The notes under the pieces: generated by a model
What the model saw: the letters and a program-made list of their open reading frames with translations, nothing else
Databases searched by the model: none
Told to the model about the DNA's origin: nothing
Translations under genes and position numbers: made by a program
In this document: piece after piece, positions 51,855-60,557 of the stretch
How positions within the stretch are numbered: position 1 is the first letter of the stretch
Layout: the number at the start of each line of letters is the position of its first letter
Source: Candidatus Bathyarchaeota archaeon
Lineage (GTDB): Archaea > Thermoproteota > Bathyarchaeia > TCS64
NCBI GenBank assembly: GCA_963771885.1
Contig: CAVYVF010000023.1
Span: forward strand, 32,001 to 96,000
Direction of reading: 5' to 3'
Length of the DNA stretch: 64,000 bases

Positions 51855-51972
51855 GACAGGAGCCAACATGCACCTGAGATATAACCTTTCCCAGAGGAGG
51901 CACCCAAAGCCCGAATGGGACAGTATTTAACTCACCCGATGTTAGAGAAGGGAGAAAGTATCGGGATCCGCC

Positions 51973-53094
51973 ATGAAGTTCAGCAAGCTCGCCATCAGTA
52001 AGGAGCTTAAGAAGGGGCTCAAGGAGATCGGCTTTGACGACATGTTCCCCATACAGGAGAAGGCGATCCCGCCCATGCTCGAGGGAAAAGATGTAATAGG
52101 TCAAGCGAAGACGGGCACCGGCAAGACCGCCGCCTTCGGCGTCCCCATGATACAACTCCTCGAACCCGAGAAGCATCTCGTCCAAGGACTCGTTCTCGCT
52201 CCCACCCGTGAACTTGCGCAGCAGATAACCGAGGACATAAACGACTTCGCCAAGTATACGCAGGTCCGCGCTACAGCTGTCTACGGCGGAGTCTCAATCG
52301 ACAAGCAGTTTATTGAGCTCAAGAGGGGTCCCGCCATCGTCGTCGGCACCCCGGGGAGGATCATCGACCACCTCAACCGCGGCACCCTCAGCCTCCACAA
52401 CATCAAGATGCTCGTACTCGACGAGGCAGACAACATGCTCGACATGGGCTTCGTCGAAGACATCGAGTACATCCTCAAACGCACACCGAAAACCAAGCAG
52501 GTAAGCCTCTGGAGCGCCACAATCGACGACCGCACCATGAACATAAGCAGCCGATACATGCACGACGCTGAATTCGTCAACGTAAGCCGCGACGAGATAG
52601 GCGTCTCCAACATCAAGCAGCACTACATACTCTGCAACGAGCATGAGAAGGAGGAGACTCTTAAGCGCATCATCGACTTCTACAAGATTGAACGCTGCAT
52701 CATCTTCTGTAGGATGAAGATAGGCGTCGACGATTTATACGCTATGCTTAGTAGATCCGGATACAGCGCCGAGGCGATACACGGTAACTTCACCCAGGCG
52801 CGGCGCCAGCAGGTGCTCGACGGCTTCAAGCAGGGGAAGTTCAGTATAATGATAGCCACCGAGCTCGCGGCGAGGGGACTCGACATCGAGGACGTGCCGT
52901 GGATAATCAACTACGACATCCCGATGGATCCGAATATGTACTTCCACCGCGTAGGCAGGACGGCGCGCGCCGGGAAAGCGGGGAACGCGATAACGCTCGT
53001 CACGCCCGAGGAGGAGATCGAGCTTGAGAGGATCAAAGCGATGACCAAGATCCCCATATACAAGCTGACGCTGCCCCCCAGTTTCCTCTTCTAA
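51973..53094 (+). CDS. DEAD-box RNA helicase
   Basis: AKTGTGKT, PTRELA, TPGR, DEAD, SAT, ARGLD, HRVGRTAR. Confidence 0.96.
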   Translation: MKFSKLAISKELKKGLKEIGFDDMFPIQEKAIPPMLEGKDVIGQAKTGTGKTAAFGVPMIQLLEPEKHLVQGLVLAPTRELAQQITEDINDFAKYTQVRATAVYGGVSIDKQFIELKRGPAIVVGTPGRIIDHLNRGTLSLHNIKMLVLDEADNMLDMGFVEDIEYILKRTPKTKQVSLWSATIDDRTMNISSRYMHDAEFVNVSRDEIGVSNIKQHYILCNEHEKEETLKRIIDFYKIERCIIFCRMKIGVDDLYAMLSRSGYSAEAIHGNFTQARRQQVLDGFKQGKFSIMIATELAARGLDIEDVPWIINYDIPMDPNMYFHRVGRTARAGKAGNAITLVTPEEEIELERIKAMTKIPIYKLTLPPSFLF

Positions 53095-53286
53095 ATCTGT
53101 CCTATTTCTCGTGGAACTTTGTTATCTTGTACTAGATCATTAGGTCGTCGATGCCGAGCATCAACTGGCGACGTCGGTAGCATATGCACCACTGCCTTCT
53201 TCACCTTAAGCACATTCAGGCAGACGCCATCCGGGCATTCACGCAAGCCGACTGCCCTGAGATCGGGGTGGAAAAAGACCCTTTTC

Positions 53287-54123
53287 CTAGATTGGGACGA
53301 GTCCGAAAAGGTTGAAGCTGAAGACGATGTTCCCGACGATTAGGGCTAGGAACGCGTATGTCGCTAAGTTCTGGAGCAACTTACCAAAGGGCGAGTGTTC
53401 GGTGATCGCCCTCCACATCTGCCCACCGTCCAACGGCCCTATGGGCAGCATGTTCATGATGGCGAGGTTGATAGAGACGAAGTAGAGCCAGCTAAAAAAG
53501 ATCCCCAGGGTGTCGGGCATGACACCATCGAATACGATCATGATTGGGATGACGGCGAGGCCCGTGATCAGGTTGACTATGCTGCCTGAGGCGAATATTC
53601 TCATCCTCGTGAGAAGGCTCGCCTTGTTCATCTCCTCCTCCTCGGGCTCGACGGCTGCGCCGAAGGTTATCACGGCAACCATGAGTGCCGCCGACTTGAC
53701 TCTGACACCCTCGATCATACACTGGATACCGTGGCTAAGCTCGTGTACCAGTATAGCGAAGCCCGCCGCAAGGAAGAACCAAGGGAGGCTCGACATGCCG
53801 ATGGTGACGCCTGGTATCAATGGCTGGACGGGTGTCGCCGTGTCGGGGCTGAAGAAGAACTTTAGGAGGTTGTTGAGAAGGAGCCATGAGGCGAACGTCG
53901 CCTGCCCTATTGCTCCGACGATTCCTACGTTGCCGAGGACCCTCCACATCTTTGGGTGCCAAGCCGCGAGGCGGGCAATGAAGCCGTTGAGCCTCGTCGA
54001 TTTGTAGAGGGCGTATAAGGGGCTCACCTCGAGGTCGTCGCGCTGTATCTTGAAGATCTTGATGGCAGCGTAGAAGGTGAACCAGACGCCGACGATTATG
54101 GCGAGTGTGGTAAGCGAGTCCAT
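53287..54123 (-). CDS. Site-2 protease (M50 family)
   Basis: HELSH and NMLPIGPLDG. Confidence 0.92.
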   Translation of the reverse strand: MDSLTTLAIIVGVWFTFYAAIKIFKIQRDDLEVSPLYALYKSTRLNGFIARLAAWHPKMWRVLGNVGIVGAIGQATFASWLLLNNLLKFFFSPDTATPVQPLIPGVTIGMSSLPWFFLAAGFAILVHELSHGIQCMIEGVRVKSAALMVAVITFGAAVEPEEEEMNKASLLTRMRIFASGSIVNLITGLAVIPIMIVFDGVMPDTLGIFFSWLYFVSINLAIMNMLPIGPLDGGQMWRAITEHSPFGKLLQNLATYAFLALIVGNIVFSFNLFGLVPI

Positions 54124-54193
54124 GCTTGTCCTCTTTTTCACGTGGATGCTGCAGATATAAGGAGACCGCTGCTTATAGGTTGGTAGATCGGCG

Positions 54194-54874
54194 GTGTCTG
54201 AGCGGGTCGAGGTAGTCTACGACGAGGCTCATTGGGTGCGCCTGCACTCTCTGCGTGGCGAGGCGTCGATTCTCATGCGACCGCTCGCATCTGTCCACAT
54301 TGAATGCATCGCTTACGGTAGCCTCGCGCGGGGCGACGTGAAGTCGACGAGCGACGTCGACATATTCATACCGAGTCCCCCCGCCCCGGAGCTGGTAGAG
54401 GTGGCGCTCGAGAGAGAAGGAATATGCGCCTCTGAGAGGGTGATCGTTCAGGCTACCCCAGGATACGCGGCGAAGGGCTACATCTATACGGGGGAGAAGA
54501 GGGGCTACAGTTTTCCGCTTGTCCAACTGCTTCCGTCGGAGCGCGACTTCTACGGCTTCGCCGGGTCGGTCACAGTCCAACAGCTCGACGCCGGCGTTCG
54601 CGTGCCCGGAGTGGATAAGAGACTGATGCTCATCGAGCCGACCTCTCGGGGGCACGTCGAGTCACAGGTGGCGGGGATAGAAGGGGAGGTAGCGCGTCTG
54701 CTTGGCGTGGACACACGGATAGTCGCTGAAAGGGTTAGGACCCTTGAGCGCCGCCGCTTGGTCGGGCGCACCGGCGTCTACCTGAAGCACACGCTGGAGC
54801 CCGATGAGGGATTCGGCGAGGCGCTCCATAGGCTAAGCCTTAGGAGGCCCGCCGTGAGAAAACGGCTGGGGTAA
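54194..54874 (+). CDS. Archaeal Pol-beta-like nucleotidyltransferase (COG2413-like)
   Basis: YGSLARGDVKSTSDVDIF, QATP, RVPGVDKRL, GRTGVY. Confidence 0.85.
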   Translation: MSERVEVVYDEAHWVRLHSLRGEASILMRPLASVHIECIAYGSLARGDVKSTSDVDIFIPSPPAPELVEVALEREGICASERVIVQATPGYAAKGYIYTGEKRGYSFPLVQLLPSERDFYGFAGSVTVQQLDAGVRVPGVDKRLMLIEPTSRGHVESQVAGIEGEVARLLGVDTRIVAERVRTLERRRLVGRTGVYLKHTLEPDEGFGEALHRLSLRRPAVRKRLG

Positions 54875-54881
54875 AAAAAAC

Positions 54882-56198
54882 TTAGGATAGGTCCTTGAAG
54901 GCCTTGATCTCCATCCCCTGCGGGATGCGTATGCCCTCGGCGACCCTGTCGCCGACGACCACCTTGACGCCCTTTGACGCTGCTGCGTCGATGAGGCGCC
55001 CCGTCACGATCCCGTCGAATACGACCGCCTTGACGTTCTCGGCGGCTTTGAGCTTCTCGACGAGCTCGGCGACAGGGAACCGCGGCGACTCTGCGTCGTC
55101 GGTTCCTATGAGGGTCGCTTCGAGTGTGCCCCTGAAGCCCTCAACGAGGCCCGCGTATTGCTTCGCAAGGCTGGGTGGGGGCGGGGGTGCTGCGACCTCG
55201 GGTGGTCTCTGACGCTGCGGGCGCGGTCCCCTCCGCGGGGGTGGTCCGCGCTCCATACGCTCTGGTGCACGCTCGGGAATACGTTCGGGTACACGCTCTG
55301 GCACACGTTCGGGCACCGCCTCGGGCTGGCGCTCCTCGACCTCGGGCTGCGCCTCGACCCCGCTCTGGAGTGCTGCCCAGGCCTCCTCGAAGGTGACCTT
55401 GGCTTCCAACGCTGCCTTTATTTGGTATGGGTCGAGCTCCTCAACCTCAGAGCCTCTGGGGGCACGTGCAACGTACCTAGGTCTTGCGACCTGCGCGAGC
55501 TCCCTGAGTATGAGGTCGCCTCCGCGGTCACCGTCGAGGAAGGCTGTGATCTCCTTCTTCCTGGCGAGCTCGCGGATTGTCTTGGGTACCTTTGCACCCT
55601 CGACGGCGATGGATCCACTGATTCCCGCCCTAAGGAGGTTGATGACATCTGCCCTGCCCTCGACGAGGATTATGTCGTTGCGGGTGCTGATGTCGGGTGT
55701 GGCGGTGAGTCTCTCGCGCCCGTAGTGTACAGGCTCGATCTTCTTACTCTCCAGCCCAACCTGCTCAAGCATGACCTCGATGTCGTGGTGCTCCTTGACG
55801 TGCCAGTCGCGCATGAGCTCCTTAGCGCGCTCCTGTATGCGCTTGAGCTTGTCTGCGCGCATGTCCTTGATCGCCTCGACGGCGATCTTGGACTCACACG
55901 GGCCGACCCTGTCGACGGTCTCCATAGCCGCCGCGATTATGGCGGTCTCAGGCCTGTCTAGGCTAGAAGGTACCACGAGTGTGCCTGTGGTCTTGTCGTT
56001 CGCGGACTTGAGGTCGATGTCGATTCTGCCGATCTTGCCTGTGCGCTGTAGCTCGCGTAGCTCAAAGTCCTTGGGGAAGAGCCCCTCGGTCTGGCCGAAG
56101 ATCGCCCCGATCACGTCGTGACGCTCGACGACTCCCTCGATTATGAAGCGTGCATGTATCGTATACTTGACGCCTGTGTAGCTGTCCTTATCTCCCAT
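54882..56198 (-). CDS. dnaG: Archaeal DnaG (primase-like, exosome-associated)
   Basis: DVIGAIFGQTEGL, ETVDRVGPC, VEGRADV, DGDRGG, FDGIVTGRLID. Confidence 0.95.
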   Translation of the reverse strand: MGDKDSYTGVKYTIHARFIIEGVVERHDVIGAIFGQTEGLFPKDFELRELQRTGKIGRIDIDLKSANDKTTGTLVVPSSLDRPETAIIAAAMETVDRVGPCESKIAVEAIKDMRADKLKRIQERAKELMRDWHVKEHHDIEVMLEQVGLESKKIEPVHYGRERLTATPDISTRNDIILVEGRADVINLLRAGISGSIAVEGAKVPKTIRELARKKEITAFLDGDRGGDLILRELAQVARPRYVARAPRGSEVEELDPYQIKAALEAKVTFEEAWAALQSGVEAQPEVEERQPEAVPERVPERVPERIPERAPERMERGPPPRRGPRPQRQRPPEVAAPPPPPSLAKQYAGLVEGFRGTLEATLIGTDDAESPRFPVAELVEKLKAAENVKAVVFDGIVTGRLIDAAASKGVKVVVGDRVAEGIRIPQGMEIKAFKDLS

Positions 56199-56398
56199 TG
56201 CTATATGCAACTCTGTTCGTTGTTGTCCTGATTCACACTAGCCGCGGCGCGGTCCCCTCCTATCTCCCTCTGGGGTTTCGCCCGGGTACTAAAACCCGTC
56301 CTGCTATGCTTCCATCCGGTGACTTGCGGGTACCAAGGGCGCTGTCGCGTCCTTTTCTACCCGCGGTGAGTGGGAATCACGCCTTCTCGGCGCGCTAC
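56199..56398 (-). ncRNA. Candidate structured leader RNA upstream of dnaG
   Basis: About 200-nt non-coding stretch after a TTTTTATT box (56423-56416), with several hairpins and a 7-bp long-range complementarity. Confidence 0.5.
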
Positions 56399-56500
56399 TG
56401 AGTCTTTCACCTAGGAATAAAAACCTTGTCGATCAAGCCTCCAGCCCACCGAACAAGGTTTTAAGAGGGTTTCACGGACCCTTATCTGAGGTACGTCCTC

Positions 56501-57502
56501 ATGGTTAAAGTCGCGATAAATGGATTCGGTAGGACGGGCCGCCTCGCTCTGCGGGCGGCGCTTGAGAGGGGCTCCAAGCTCGAGTTCGTCGCGGTTAATC
56601 GCGGCGACGCGAAGCTCCTGGGGCACCTGCTAAAGTACGACAGTGTTCACGGTAGGGCACCCTTCCCCGTCGAGGTGGAGGGGGACACGATAATTGCCGC
56701 CGGGAAACGCATCAAGGTGCTCAACGAATCGGATGCCGAGAAACTCCCGTGGAGGGACCTCGGGGTTTGGCTCGTCATCGACTCCTCCGATAAGTTCAGA
56801 GACAGGGACGGCGCTGGCAAGCATCTGAAAGCGGGGGCAAGCAAAGTTCTCGTCGGCGCACCGGGGAAGAAGCTTGATGCAACCATCGTCCTCGGTTGCA
56901 ACGATGGCATCTACGAACCGGCGAAGCACCATCTGGTGAGTAACGCGAGCTGCACTACGAACTGCGTAGCTCCAGTAGTCAAGGTGCTCAACGACCGCTT
57001 CGGGCTTGAATCCGCGATGGTCTCGACAATCCACGCCTACACTGGGAGCCAGATGCTCCTAGACAGGGCGGACAAAGACCTGCGCAGGGCACGCGCCGCA
57101 GCGATGAGTATAATCCCCACGACGACGGGGATGACGAGCGCTATAGGCGAAGTGTTACCTGAACTAAAGGGGAAAGTCGACGGGACCGCCTTCCGCGTCC
57201 CGACGCCCGACGTTAGCCTCATCGACGTCTCCGCAGTCCTCAAGGCAAAGCCTAATGCAGATGAGATAAACGCCGCCTTCAAGGAGGCCGCTGCGGGGAA
57301 GATGAAGGGCATACTCGGCTTCGACACGGAGCCCCTCGTCTCAGTCGACTATGTGCACAGCCCCTACAGCGCAGTTGTGGACGGCTCATCGACGGTGAGT
57401 AACGGCACGATGGTCAAGGTCGTGGCGTGGTACGATAACGAGTTCGGGTATAGCTGCAGGACGATTGAGTTGGCCGAGAAGATGGCCAGCTATGCAAAGT
57501 AG
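56501..57502 (+). CDS. gap: Type I (bacterial-type) glyceraldehyde-3-phosphate dehydrogenase
   Basis: INGFGRTGR, KYDSVHG, NASCTTNC, FRVPT, WYDNEFGYS. Confidence 0.9.
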   Translation: MVKVAINGFGRTGRLALRAALERGSKLEFVAVNRGDAKLLGHLLKYDSVHGRAPFPVEVEGDTIIAAGKRIKVLNESDAEKLPWRDLGVWLVIDSSDKFRDRDGAGKHLKAGASKVLVGAPGKKLDATIVLGCNDGIYEPAKHHLVSNASCTTNCVAPVVKVLNDRFGLESAMVSTIHAYTGSQMLLDRADKDLRRARAAAMSIIPTTTGMTSAIGEVLPELKGKVDGTAFRVPTPDVSLIDVSAVLKAKPNADEINAAFKEAAAGKMKGILGFDTEPLVSVDYVHSPYSAVVDGSSTVSNGTMVKVVAWYDNEFGYSCRTIELAEKMASYAK

Positions 57503-57513
57503 AGCCTGTTTTT

Positions 57514-58596
57514 TTACCGGGTAACCCGGAGCTTCTTCATCTTCTCTAGGTTCTCGGGCTTCGTCTCGAAGTACTTGCGGACTGGTTCGAGGAGCTTGAC
57601 CATGGCTTCAGCCGTCGCCGTTTTTAGGTCCATGGGGTGGAGCTTGCCGTCGGCGTACGTTTTGGCTAGCTCTTCGTAGCTCTCGAAGCTGATGTTGCCC
57701 CCGAACTTGGCTGGGCGCTCGACGTCGAGCCTGGCGAGCTGGGGGAAGATGATCATGCGGGCGTGCTCGAGCACTGGGTTGCCCTCAACGACCTTCTGGG
57801 GGCAGAATGCCTCCTTGTACTTGGCTCTGATGTCAGCGGGCTCGTCGTTGACCCAGATGGCCCCCTTGGCGACGCTCTTGCTCATCTTAGTCGAGATGAC
57901 CTTATTGATCTCCTCGTTCTCATCGAAGTTGCCCTGTATTGTGGAGTCCTGGAGGCCGGGGAGGAGTGGGTTGTGTAGGCAGACGGGTGTCTTGAAGCCG
58001 AGCTTCGGCGCGACCTCCCTAGCAAGCATGTGTACCTTTCTCTGATCCATGCCCGAGCAGGCGGCGTCTAGGTCCATCTGGAAGATGTCCGAGGTCTGGA
58101 GTGCGGGGTAGAGTACCCAGCTAGACTCTACGTCCTCGGCGTCGGCGCTGCGCCCCATGATGGGCATCGCCCTTAGCGCTCTCTTCATGGTGGTTGCCTT
58201 CATGACGCGTACGACCTTCTCCCAGTAGTCCTTGTGACTAACAATGTCGCTTGCCCAGAGGTATTGGACCTTCCCCTCGGGGAGGCCGAGGGCGGTGAAG
58301 CAGTCCTTGAAGTACTCGGCACCGGCTCGTATGTTGTCGAGGTCTCCGCCGAGCTTGTTGTTGATCCAACCGTGCCATTCTGCGAGGTAGATTATGAAGT
58401 GGAACCCAGCGTCAGCGTAGTCCTTCATCTTCTTGCCAACGATGAGGCCGGTGCCGGCGTGCATCATGCCGCTGGGCTCGAAGCCGACGTATCCGCGTGG
58501 GTGATCGTTAGTCTCTAGTAGCGTCCTAACCTCGGAGGGGGTGATTATCTCTTGGAGGTCCTGCGTGACTAGTCTGAAGCGGGTCTCGGTGTCCAT
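57514..58596 (-). CDS. tyrS: Tyrosine--tRNA ligase (archaeal type)
   Basis: YVGFEPSG..HAG, YPALQ..D, GMDQRKVH, KMSKS, LHPMDLK. Confidence 0.95.
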   Translation of the reverse strand: MDTETRFRLVTQDLQEIITPSEVRTLLETNDHPRGYVGFEPSGMMHAGTGLIVGKKMKDYADAGFHFIIYLAEWHGWINNKLGGDLDNIRAGAEYFKDCFTALGLPEGKVQYLWASDIVSHKDYWEKVVRVMKATTMKRALRAMPIMGRSADAEDVESSWVLYPALQTSDIFQMDLDAACSGMDQRKVHMLAREVAPKLGFKTPVCLHNPLLPGLQDSTIQGNFDENEEINKVISTKMSKSVAKGAIWVNDEPADIRAKYKEAFCPQKVVEGNPVLEHARMIIFPQLARLDVERPAKFGGNISFESYEELAKTYADGKLHPMDLKTATAEAMVKLLEPVRKYFETKPENLEKMKKLRVTR

Positions 58597-58707
58597 TCTC
58601 CTCGCCTTTGGATTCTTTCAGAGGCTCCGCTATTAAGGTTTGAGGGCGGGTGGGGCTGCCCTCGGTGGTTAACGGTATAAGGGGATAAGCCCCCCATTCT
58701 CTATGAG

Positions 58708-60183
58708 TTGTCCCCTAGGAAGGTTACCGCCGCATCGCTGGCGTTCGCCTCCGCCTCAGCGGCTGCTAAGGCGGTCTCCCGCGGCGACGTGACGTCCCTC
58801 GACCTCACGAGGGCAATCCTTGACCGGGTCGAGGCGTATAACCCCAAGCTACATGCATTCGCCACACTAACCGCCATGGAGGCGATAGCCGCCGCGAGGA
58901 GGGCGGATGAGGAATCGAAGGGGGGTGAAGAACTCGGTCCTCTTCATGGTGTCCCAGTTACGGTGAAGGATTGCTTTGAGATCAAGGGTGTACGCACGAC
59001 GGCGGGTTCCAAGACGCTTGCTAGTCACGTGCCCGCACGCGACTCAGCGCCCGTTGAGCGCCTCAGAGAGGCCGGGGCAATCATCATCGGGCACACGAAC
59101 ACTTCGGAGCTGGCGTTCGACTGGCAGAGCTACAATGATCTCTACGGCACGTCGAATAATCCTTGGAATCTCGGGCTCACTCCCGGGGGGTCCACGGGGG
59201 GTGGGGCGGCGGCGCTCGTTGCGGGTTTGAGCTTCCTCGAGGTCGGGAGCGACGTTGGCGGTTCCATACGCGTTCCCTCACACTTCTGCGGTCTCTACGG
59301 GCATAAGCCAAGCCTAGGCACTGTCTCAGCGCGGGGCCACATCCCGCCTATACCCGGTGTACCCGTGGGGGAACCCAACTTCAGCGTCGCTGGCCCCATG
59401 GCGAGGAGCGCCGACGACATAATGCTCGCAATGAAGATACTCGGCGGGCCTGACGGCGAGGAGGTAAAAGCATACACATGGGAGATGCCGGAGCCGAGGA
59501 AGAAGAAGCTCGATTACTACAGTATCGGCTACGTCATCGATGACCCGGCGTGCCGCGTCACCTCCGAGATCAGGGCGCTGCTGGAGAAGATGGTAGAGAC
59601 TCTCAAGAAAGCGGGAGTTGAGATCGCTGAGGGATGGCCAAAGGGAATCGATCCGAGGAGGCTCTTCGATGACTACAGGTACATTCGCTTTGCTTCGTCG
59701 GCGGCCTCACGTAGCGTGGCTCAGATATTCGATCTGCTCAAGGCAGAGAAGGTGAACGACGGCTCCGACGAGTACGCGGCGGCGCACGCCTACGCCTCCT
59801 CGGTCAAGGATTTCGAGGATGCCCTCTGGCGGAGGGAGCTGGCAAGGGAGGCGTGGCGCGACTACTTCGGTGCCTTCGATGCCTTTCTCATTCCACCCGC
59901 CTTCGTCCCGGCGTTCCCTCACGACCATAGGATGCCCCTGAAGGCTAGAGTGCTAAGCACACCCGAGGGGCTGAGAAGATACAATGAGCTGCGCTTCTGG
60001 ATCAGCTTTGCAACCCTCTGCGGGCTCCCTGCGACCGTCGCCCCCGTCGGCTTGACGGCGGGCGGTCTCCCTGTCGGCGTACAGGTCGTCGGTCCCTACC
60101 TTGAGGATGCCACTACAATCGACCTAGCCGGGTGTATCGGCGCACAGATGGGCGGCTTCAGGGCTCCGCCGGGCTATCAGTAG
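58708..60183 (+). CDS. Amidase-signature family protein
   Basis: GPLHGVPVTVKD, PGGSTGG, GSDVGGSIRVPSHFCG. Confidence 0.92.
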   Translation: MSPRKVTAASLAFASASAAAKAVSRGDVTSLDLTRAILDRVEAYNPKLHAFATLTAMEAIAAARRADEESKGGEELGPLHGVPVTVKDCFEIKGVRTTAGSKTLASHVPARDSAPVERLREAGAIIIGHTNTSELAFDWQSYNDLYGTSNNPWNLGLTPGGSTGGGAAALVAGLSFLEVGSDVGGSIRVPSHFCGLYGHKPSLGTVSARGHIPPIPGVPVGEPNFSVAGPMARSADDIMLAMKILGGPDGEEVKAYTWEMPEPRKKKLDYYSIGYVIDDPACRVTSEIRALLEKMVETLKKAGVEIAEGWPKGIDPRRLFDDYRYIRFASSAASRSVAQIFDLLKAEKVNDGSDEYAAAHAYASSVKDFEDALWRRELAREAWRDYFGAFDAFLIPPAFVPAFPHDHRMPLKARVLSTPEGLRRYNELRFWISFATLCGLPATVAPVGLTAGGLPVGVQVVGPYLEDATTIDLAGCIGAQMGGFRAPPGYQ

Positions 60184-60222
60184 ACGAGGGCAGCTCATTA
60201 TTGTTTACTGCGGGAAAAGTGA

Positions 60223-60309
60223 TGGTGGGCGGGGCGTCCCTGTGCCTCGCGACAAACACACAGCATCACGGTTTGGAGCCAACGCTCTACTCAGCTGAGC
60301 TCTCTCAAA
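60223..60309 (-). pseudogene. Degenerate tRNA-like element (CCA anticodon loop)
   Basis: D-arm AGCTCAGCTGAGTAGAGCG, loop CTCCAAA, 3' end CCCGCCCACCA; T-loop and 5' acceptor strand are lost. Confidence 0.45.
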
Positions 60310-60557
60310 TCGCGAGGAGTCCGACGCCCTTGCCCTGCCCGCCTGTTCCATGACTGGGTAACCCCGTCCTCACAGGTGATCCTCCGCGGAGTCCGTCTGC
60401 ATGGCGCGTCGTCTTGGCGGGCGTAGACTACTCTGTTTCGGGGCTTATATCCTAAGCGGAGCGTGCGCGGCGTGATTGTCCTGGTGTGGCTCATCAACGC
60501 AGTGAGGACGGCGCCCGAGTATGTAAAGAGGCTCGAGGGAAGGCTCGTCGTGACCCA

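Noticed and set aside
56240..56400. RNase P or SRP RNA
   Set aside because: No GAGGAAAGUCC/AACAGAA P4 motifs, no SRP helix-8 motif, and too short
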